From Pedosphaera sp. (GTDB lineage: Bacteria > Verrucomicrobiota > Verrucomicrobiia > Limisphaerales > SIBH01), in assembly GCA_031414955.1 (NCBI GenBank), contig JANOQV010000092.1, positions 1 to 30,111 on the forward strand: a stretch of DNA of 30,111 bases. Direction: 5' to 3'. The notes beneath the pieces are model-generated. The model saw only the letters and a list, made by a program, of their open reading frames with translations. It was not told the origin of the DNA and did not search any database. Positions 25,101 through 30,111 of the stretch are shown in pieces. Positions within the stretch are counted from its first letter, which is position 1, and each line of letters begins with the position of its first letter. The translations under genes and the position numbers were made by a program.

Positions 25101-27396
25101 GGCGATGCCCCAGGCTGGAATGAGTTGCGCCGTTGGCGCAGAAGCCGCAGCCCCAACGGGGCATACCATACCAGCCCAGGGCAACGCCCTGGGTCGCGCC
25201 ACCCCGCAAGTCCAAAGCCCTGAAGGGGCGGCCTACATTCCGTTTGATGGCATCGTGCTGACGGACACGTTCCAGCTTTCGGAAACCAAAGGTGAGATGG
25301 ACGAAAAGATGTTCCCCGAAAACAACCGCCGGCTGAAGCGCCAGAAGCAAAGTCCCATCCGCGTCGTCGTCGGCAACCCGCCATATTCCGTCGGCCAGGG
25401 CGACGCGAACGCAAACAACCAGAATCTAAAATACCCCATCCTCGACGAGCGCATCCGCGCCACCTACGCCGCCCAATCGAGTGCCACGAACAAGAATAGC
25501 CTCTACGACAGCTATATTCGTGCTCTGCGCTGGGCCAGCGACCGCATCAATGGCAAAGGCGTCGTTGGCTTCGTCACGAACGGCGCGTTCGTTGACGGCA
25601 ATGCAATGGAAGGTTTGCGCGCCAGCCTGACCGACGAGTTCTCCACCATCTACATCTTCAACCTTCGCGGCAATCAACGCACCTCTGGCGAAACGTCCCG
25701 CATGGAAGGTGGCAAAATTTTCGGCTCAGGCAGCCGCGCCGGAATCGCCATTTCCTTGTTCGTTCGGAATCCCGATAAAAGCGGGAAGTGCGAACTTCAC
25801 TATCACGACATCGGCGACTACCTCTCCCGCGAAGAAAAGCTGGCTCTCATCCGTGGCTTCCAAAGCATCAACGGCCTTCACCGCGAAAAGAAATGGCAGC
25901 GCATCCAGCCCAACGCCAGCCACGACTGGATTAACCAGCGCGACCCGGCTTTCGAGAAGTTCGTTTCCGTTGGCGACAAGAAGGACGATGAGGCGAAGAC
26001 GGTTTTTGAAAACTACTCCAGCGGTTTGAAAACGTGCCGTGATGTTTGGTGCTACAACTTTTCCAAAGCGGCAGTGACGGCGAACATGCAACGCATGATT
26101 GCTTTCTTTAACACGCAGGTTGAGGGCTTCGCCAAAGTCAGCACCGGAAAACTCAAAGAGGAGCTTCCCGCCTTAGCCGAGTCCTTCATTGAAACCGACG
26201 GAAAGAAAATCTCATGGTCGCGCGGATTACTGACTGACCTCACACGGCTGACTGAGCGGCCCTTCCGCCCGGACGCCGTCCGTCAGGGAATTTACCGGCC
26301 CTACTGCAAGCAGTGGGCGTACTTTGACCGCCACCTCAATGACATGGTCTATCAGTTGTTCCGCCTGTTCCCAACAGCGTCGCTCGATAATCTCGCCATT
26401 TGCATGACCTCCGCTGGCAATCGCGTCGAATTCTCCGCACTGATTTGCAATGCGTTGCCCGATTTGCACATGGCTGATTCCAACGGAGCGAGCCAGTGCT
26501 TCCCCCTCTACCTCTACGAGAAGGTCGAGCCAGCGGAGTCAAAGAGCGGCGAAGAAAAGAAGCTCCGGCAAGGCGAGATGATTGCCAAAGAACCGGTAGG
26601 CGAGTTGGTGGACGGTTACCGGCGGCGCAGCGCCATCACGGATGCCATCCTCGCCGATTTCCGCGCGGCTTACGAAATGCCGGACGCGGCAGCCCACTCC
26701 CTCTCCTCCATTCGGAATGGAGGAGAGGGCCGGGGAGAGGAGGAGTCTTTATCAACCAAGCCGCCCCTCTCTCCGGATCTCTCCCCACTCCTGCCTCGCG
26801 GGGCGAGAGAGAAAGCCCGCGCCATCACCAAGGAGGACATCTTTTACTACGGCTATGGCGTGCTGCATTCGCCGGAGTATCGCACGCGCTTCGCCAGCGA
26901 CTTGAAGAAAATGCTGCCGCGCCTGCCCTTCACGCGGGAGACGGCGGATTTCTGGCGCTTCAGCCAGGCAGGCCGCGACCTCGCGCAATGGCATTTGAAT
27001 TACGAAACCGTCGAGCCGTGGCCGGCGAAGGAATTTGCCGGTGAACTCCTGAGCGACCCGGCGAAGGATTTCCTCGTCCAGAAGATGACCTTTGGCCGGA
27101 AGGACAAGCAGGTGGACAAGACCGCCATCCATTACAACGCGCAAATCACGCTCACCGGCATCCCGCTCGAAGCCTACGATTACGTGGTGAACGGCAAACC
27201 CGCGCTCGAATGGATCATGGAGCGCTACCAAATCACCGTGGACAAAGACAGCGGCCTCCGCAACGACCCGAACGATTGGGCGCGCGAACACAACCAGCCC
27301 CGCTACATCCTCGACCTCCTCAAGCGCATCGTCCGCGTGAGCCTGGAAACGATGAAGATCGTGAACAAGCTGCCAGCGTTGAACGAGCGGAAGTGA
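22132..27396 (+). CDS. Type ISP (LlaGI/LlaBIII-like) single-polypeptide restriction-modification enzyme: Mrr-like nuclease, SF2 helicase, N6-adenine methyltransferase, target recognition domain
   Basis: Nuclease 'DVGIDVVA...VQCK'; Walker A MACGTGKT; DEAH; TATP; 'QSVGRVMR'; 'GIVYTPVEVVDF'; motif I DPFTGTATF; motif IV NPPY; C-terminal 'YVVNGKPALEWIMERY'. Confidence 0.93.
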   Translation: MAKISIHDVLAHFREAASSNRDLGDRFERLICRYLELDPIYAERFSRVWMWNEWPRKGNVGDVGIDVVAEERATGEFCAVQCKFHLPENEISKGDIDSFFTAAGSARFTSGIIVSTTDKWGKNAEHALLSQGKPFNRITVHDLDASPIDWSKFSLQRPQDLSLRERKKALQHQTVAITDVINGFAQADRGKLIMACGTGKTFTSLRIAEQIAPTGHVLFLVPSLSLLSQNLREWTAESTRPMHSLAVCSDTSIGKRTTKTDDDKADITTYGLAFPATTSARQIVGQYQAIHRMAEKKKTPAQMTVVFSTYQSIEAVAEAQKAGLPEFDLIICDEAHRTTGVTLTGEDESHFVKVHDASFIKAKKRLYMTATPRIYGDEAKVKAEQASAEVCSMDTVEQFGAEFHRLGFGEAVGKSLLSDYKVLVLAVDEKYVSKTFQRQITDVNNEINLDDAVRITGCWNGLAKRFEQSAATATAADLQGDMAHMRRAVAFSRSIKDSKAFVEKFGQIIAAYRETHPDAENLLTCELDHVDGTYDALKRNARLDWLKANSPDHTCRILSNARCLSEGVDVTALDAVLFLNPRKSIIDVVQSVGRVMRRAEGKKYGYIILPIGIPADVPAEEALKDNEKYKVVWQVLQALRAHDDRFNATVNQIELNKQRPDVIQVIGIGGDDPNSKDDSKSDGDSQMKVREVQGAFAFPQLEEWKDAIYARIVLKCGDRRYWESWAKDVAVIAERHTDRIRALLESGEARHKKAFADFLAGLRDNLNPSVTADDAIEMLSQHLITRPVFDALFENYAFTQQNPVSIAMQTMLETLHDQALEKETAALEKFYVSVRQRASGIDNAEGRQRVVIELYDKFFRTAFPKMAERLGIVYTPVEVVDFLIHSINDILQREFSCTLSDKDVHVIDPFTGTATFIVRLLQSGHIRPADLLRKYQHELHANEIVLLAYYIAAINIEETFHGLQRTGVKYPGAEIGRPYRASDTRASKPGAMPQAGMSCAVGAEAAAPTGHTIPAQGNALGRATPQVQSPEGAAYIPFDGIVLTDTFQLSETKGEMDEKMFPENNRRLKRQKQSPIRVVVGNPPYSVGQGDANANNQNLKYPILDERIRATYAAQSSATNKNSLYDSYIRALRWASDRINGKGVVGFVTNGAFVDGNAMEGLRASLTDEFSTIYIFNLRGNQRTSGETSRMEGGKIFGSGSRAGIAISLFVRNPDKSGKCELHYHDIGDYLSREEKLALIRGFQSINGLHREKKWQRIQPNASHDWINQRDPAFEKFVSVGDKKDDEAKTVFENYSSGLKTCRDVWCYNFSKAAVTANMQRMIAFFNTQVEGFAKVSTGKLKEELPALAESFIETDGKKISWSRGLLTDLTRLTERPFRPDAVRQGIYRPYCKQWAYFDRHLNDMVYQLFRLFPTASLDNLAICMTSAGNRVEFSALICNALPDLHMADSNGASQCFPLYLYEKVEPAESKSGEEKKLRQGEMIAKEPVGELVDGYRRRSAITDAILADFRAAYEMPDAAAHSLSSIRNGGEGRGEEESLSTKPPLSPDLSPLLPRGAREKARAITKEDIFYYGYGVLHSPEYRTRFASDLKKMLPRLPFTRETADFWRFSQAGRDLAQWHLNYETVEPWPAKEFAGELLSDPAKDFLVQKMTFGRKDKQVDKTAIHYNAQITLTGIPLEAYDYVVNGKPALEWIMERYQITVDKDSGLRNDPNDWAREHNQPRYILDLLKRIVRVSLETMKIVNKLPALNERK
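25055..25235. repeat. Inverted doublet of a three-hairpin palindromic repeat, in frame inside the Type ISP gene
   Basis: Ends taggccgcccctacagggctt / aagccctgaaggggcggccta are 20/21 complementary; internal cccagggc-aac-gccctggg hairpins. Confidence 0.85.
26697..26812. repeat. Inverted doublet of the CCCTCTCC palindromic repeat, in frame inside the Type ISP gene
   Basis: Perfect 14-bp stem ccctctcctccatt-cgg-aatggaggagaggg plus an inverted partner cccctctctccggatctctcccc...ggggcgagagag. Confidence 0.85.
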
Positions 27397-27400
27397 AGCG

Positions 27401-27572
27401 GGAACACGCCGGGTCGGAGCCCGGTGCTCCGGCATCAGCGCCAATCAGCGTCCATCAGCGGTTCAACTTCTTTGCGCTTTCTGCGTTCTTTGCGGCCATT
27501 CCATCCGCGTTCATCCGCATCATTCGTGGTTGAAAATTCTGGAACACGCGGACTCGGCGGTCCGCGCTCCGG
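27401..27572. repeat. Composite repeat: two direct GGAG-type REP hairpins enclosing 9-10-bp-period tandem motifs
   Basis: ggaacacgccgggtcggagcccggtgctccgg (27401-27432) and ggaacacgcggactcggcggtccgcgctccgg (27541-27572) flank atcagcgcca/atcagcgtcc/atcagcggtt, ctttgcgct/ttctgcgtt/ctttgcggc and atccgcgttc/atccgcatc. Confidence 0.75.
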
Positions 27573-27574
27573 GA

Positions 27575-28411
27575 TCAGCCCTTGGGCTTGTCCAGCTTCT
27601 TGATTTCGCGGTGGGAGGATTTGAGTTTCTTGTGGACCTGCTTGATGTCTTCGGCGGGCGGCAAATCTTCCGGGCGCTTGCCGCTGATTTCGATCATGGT
27701 GCGGCGGACTTTCCGGCCCACGTCCTCGGCGACGCGCTCCAGCGGTTGCTGGCCCCGGATGCGTTCGGCGCGAATCTTCTCCTCGGTCTGCGTGACGCGA
27801 AAAAGATTGGCTGCCAGTTCGGTCTTGCCCATGAAGTCGAGTGGGGAGCGTCCGTCCGGCACACCCTTGCGCCGGCGCACCTGCCACAAGTCCATGTTGT
27901 AGAGGCCGCGATAGCCGGAGTTTTGGAACAAGGCGTAGTCCACCACGCCGGACATTTTGGCCGTGCCGGAGAGCGTGCGTTCGTGCTCGGAAATCTCGCC
28001 GCGAATGGCGACGCGCTCCACGCCCTCGGCCTGTTCGAGATACAGCCGGCACGCCTCCGCCCATTGCACAAAATATCCCTGGGCTTGCGCGACCTGCGGT
28101 ATCTTCGGATCGCCGTTCATGGCGGCGAGGTAGCAGGCGAAGCGGGAAAGTTTGTAATCCGTGACGAGCTTCCCATCTACCTCGCGCTGGTCCTGCACGA
28201 TGTTGTCGAACACGGGAATGTTCAGGCTGGTCAGGGCCATCATCGCGCGCTCCACGGCCTTGCGGAAACTGTTCACACTCTCGTAGCCGAGCATGACCGC
28301 GAGTTCGGAAGCCCACCAGAAGCGGAAACCGTTGCTATGGGCGAGCGACTCGAAACCAGGTTTGTTCGGTTCGAGGTGGAATGGACTTTCGTTGGAAGCT
28401 TCGCCGCTCAC
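27575..28411 (-). CDS. dinD: DinD-like / BRO-N domain protein
   Basis: 'FWWASELAVMLGY', 'DYKLSRFACYLAAMNGDP', 'AQGYF', 'FQNSGYRGLY', 'LDFMGKTELAANLFRVTQTEEK', 'PEDLPPAEDIK'. GTG start preceded by TTGCGC-16nt-TAGTGT. Confidence 0.85.
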   Translation of the reverse strand: MSGEASNESPFHLEPNKPGFESLAHSNGFRFWWASELAVMLGYESVNSFRKAVERAMMALTSLNIPVFDNIVQDQREVDGKLVTDYKLSRFACYLAAMNGDPKIPQVAQAQGYFVQWAEACRLYLEQAEGVERVAIRGEISEHERTLSGTAKMSGVVDYALFQNSGYRGLYNMDLWQVRRRKGVPDGRSPLDFMGKTELAANLFRVTQTEEKIRAERIRGQQPLERVAEDVGRKVRRTMIEISGKRPEDLPPAEDIKQVHKKLKSSHREIKKLDKPKG

Positions 28412-28540
28412 GGTGCGACACTAGCCGCGCGGTTTAGCGGCGCAAACCCAAACGTGGCCGTCTTCTCGACATTACTTTTCCCGGGCTGACTCATCGCCGC
28501 CATTTTGCCAACTCCGTGTCTCCGCGCGAGTCGCATTTCT

Positions 28541-28645
28541 GCCGCCCCGACAGGGCTTGATGATTTGTTTTGGGAACCTGAATCCAGGGCGTCGCTCGCG
28601 GACTCGCTTTGCCCTGGGCTATTGTCTGGCCGCGCTTACAGCGCT
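28541..28645. repeat. Intergenic single copy of the three-hairpin palindromic repeat (same family as 25055-25235)
   Basis: gccgccccgacagggctt...ccagggc[gtcgctcgcggactcgcttt]gccctgggct...gcgcttacagcgc. Confidence 0.75.
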
Positions 28646-28682
28646 CCGGCATTCCGCCTTCGTCTGACTGTGGCGCGACGAG

Positions 28683-28708
28683 CAGCGCCAATCAGCGTCC
28701 ATCAGCGG
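28683..28708. repeat. 26-bp exact direct repeat of 27436-27461
   Basis: cagcgccaatcagcgtccatcagcgg occurs at both positions. Confidence 0.85.
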
Positions 28709-30110
28709 CACCCTTCCCGCTGGCCCGTGGTTTTGCTTCGCCGGTGCGGAGGAATTGAATCAAGTCCGCCATCTCCTGTTGGCTCAATCCGGCCTCGAGT
28801 CCCTCGGGCATGAGCGAGATGTTCGCGCCCCGGAGTTCGGCGATGTCGGTGCGGAGCACCACGCGCTTCGTGGCGTCGGCGAGCTTGAAGGTGATGCTGT
28901 TGCCGGTCTCGGCGGCGATGAGTCCGTACAACTCGGTGCCGTCCGCGAGGCGGCCATGGTAGGCGTGGAAGCCGGGCTGCACGTCGGCGCTGGGATCGAG
29001 AATGTTCGCCAGCAATTTCTCCGGCGGATGGCCAGCCACGGAGCGCAAGTCCGGCCCGACTTCGTTCCCGACCGCGCCGCGCTGGTGGCAGGTGAGGCAC
29101 AGCTTGGTGAACACGGCTTCACCGCGCGCGGCATCGCCCACGAGCTTCAGCGCGGGTTGAAATTGCTCAATGACCTTCGCGCGGCTCGAAGCGGCGGACG
29201 TGTTGAAAACTTGGCCCGCCAGTTCGCGAATGCGCGCCGAGGAATGCTTGATCAACTGGCTGCGCCGGGCGGCGTCGAACGAGGGCGTTCCATCCTTCTG
29301 CGCGTGTTGCAACAGCGCGAACGTCCACGGCTCGCGGGAGAACAGGGCGTCGAGCGCGGCGGCGCGCGTCTCCGGCGAGAACGACGGCCAGCCGTCGAGC
29401 AACGTGGCGGGCACGGACGGGTCCGCCGCCAGCGCCAGCGCGTTCACGGAGGCGCGCTGAAGTTCGCCGGACTGACGCGGCGCGAGCCAGCCGGAGAGCA
29501 ACGTCAGCGTGTCGGCGCGACGCGCGGGAGATTTCGCCAGGAGATTGGCGGCGGCGGCACGCGCGGTGACGGGCTGCGATTCCTCCACGGCCGCCTTCTT
29601 CGCGGCGTTGAAAAGCGATTCGGCAGCGGCGAGCTGCCTAGCGAGCGCGTCATCACCCACGGCAAGTGCGGCGAGCGTGGTCTTGCGGCGCACGAGCGTG
29701 TCGAGGAACTGGCTGAAGGCCGCCATCTGCGCGGCGGTGAACGCGGCCTCCTTCGCCGTCAGCGTCGGTGACAGCAAAGCGGCCAGCGCATCGCGCTCAT
29801 TCAGGCCGAGTGTGAGGTTCACCAGCGGCTCGGAGAGCGACGCCAGCGCGGGCTGGCCAGCACGCACGGCGGCATTGACCAGCGCGTGCGCGTGCGGGAC
29901 GGCGGAACTCATCACGGCGGCGACCATGAAGCTACCTGCGTGGTGTGCGACAGCGAGACGGCCCAACGCTTCGCCCGCGCGCGGGTCACTCCACTCGCCG
30001 AGCGTGCAGGCGAGTTGGAGGCGGACTTTGGCGTCCGGGTCATCGACCAGTTTCGCGGCGGCGGAAATCACTTCGGGCGAAGATTGCTTCTCCGCGAGAC
30101 GCAGCGCGTT
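28692..30110 (-). CDS. PVC-type heme-binding CxxCH protein with HEAT-like repeats (C-terminal part; starts outside the window)
   Basis: HEAT-like 'DPDAKVRLQLACTLG'; 'GEAVFTKLCLTCH...VGPDL', 'ILDPS', 'SLMPEGLE...ADLIQFL'. Frame is open to the window edge. Confidence 0.9.
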   Translation of the reverse strand, partial: NALRLAEKQSSPEVISAAAKLVDDPDAKVRLQLACTLGEWSDPRAGEALGRLAVAHHAGSFMVAAVMSSAVPHAHALVNAAVRAGQPALASLSEPLVNLTLGLNERDALAALLSPTLTAKEAAFTAAQMAAFSQFLDTLVRRKTTLAALAVGDDALARQLAAAESLFNAAKKAAVEESQPVTARAAAANLLAKSPARRADTLTLLSGWLAPRQSGELQRASVNALALAADPSVPATLLDGWPSFSPETRAAALDALFSREPWTFALLQHAQKDGTPSFDAARRSQLIKHSSARIRELAGQVFNTSAASSRAKVIEQFQPALKLVGDAARGEAVFTKLCLTCHQRGAVGNEVGPDLRSVAGHPPEKLLANILDPSADVQPGFHAYHGRLADGTELYGLIAAETGNSITFKLADATKRVVLRTDIAELRGANISLMPEGLEAGLSQQEMADLIQFLRTGEAKPRASGKGAADGR

Positions 30111-30111
30111 C

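Noticed and set aside
25021..25235. Intein or intron in the Type ISP gene
   Set aside because: No Cys/Ser-start and His-Asn-end intein motifs; too short; explained by a palindromic repeat.
27401..27572. Possible mini CRISPR array
   Set aside because: Only two units with different stems, a 108-bp repetitive spacer and no cas genes.
975..29771. Many long antisense or overlapping ORFs (e.g. 975-2951, 3762-5111, 7471-9126, 23305-25350, 28755-29771)
   Set aside because: Shadow frames of GC-rich genes with no recognisable motifs; the opposite strand encodes clear proteins.

Overview
GC-rich bacterial DNA; gene content and protein style suggest Verrucomicrobiota (inference). The left third (1-10858, minus strand) is a TonB2/TtpC-type uptake locus: AraC regulator, DUF3450-like protein, large and small ExbB, two ExbD, TonB, TPR protein, TonB-dependent receptor and a partial secreted beta-helix-like protein. 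Three of its upstream regions carry 11-bp-period, Pho-box-like direct repeats. The middle holds tatD, a secreted sugar-dehydrogenase/diheme protein, mlaE, ribBA, frr and an EF-hand sulfatase. The right part is a defence-like islet (Fic-wHTH, Type ISP restriction-modification enzyme, DinD/BRO-N) followed by a partial PVC-type CxxCH heme protein. Most notable is the variety of short palindromic and tandem repeat families (REP/REPIN-like, a MITE with a nested REP doublet, heptamer, octamer and decamer repeats). Two of these families also sit in frame inside the Type ISP gene, are translated as extra peptide, and bracket its specificity region. A four-copy 11-bp operator-like array lies over the Fic promoter, and an attenuator-like structure precedes the Type ISP gene.
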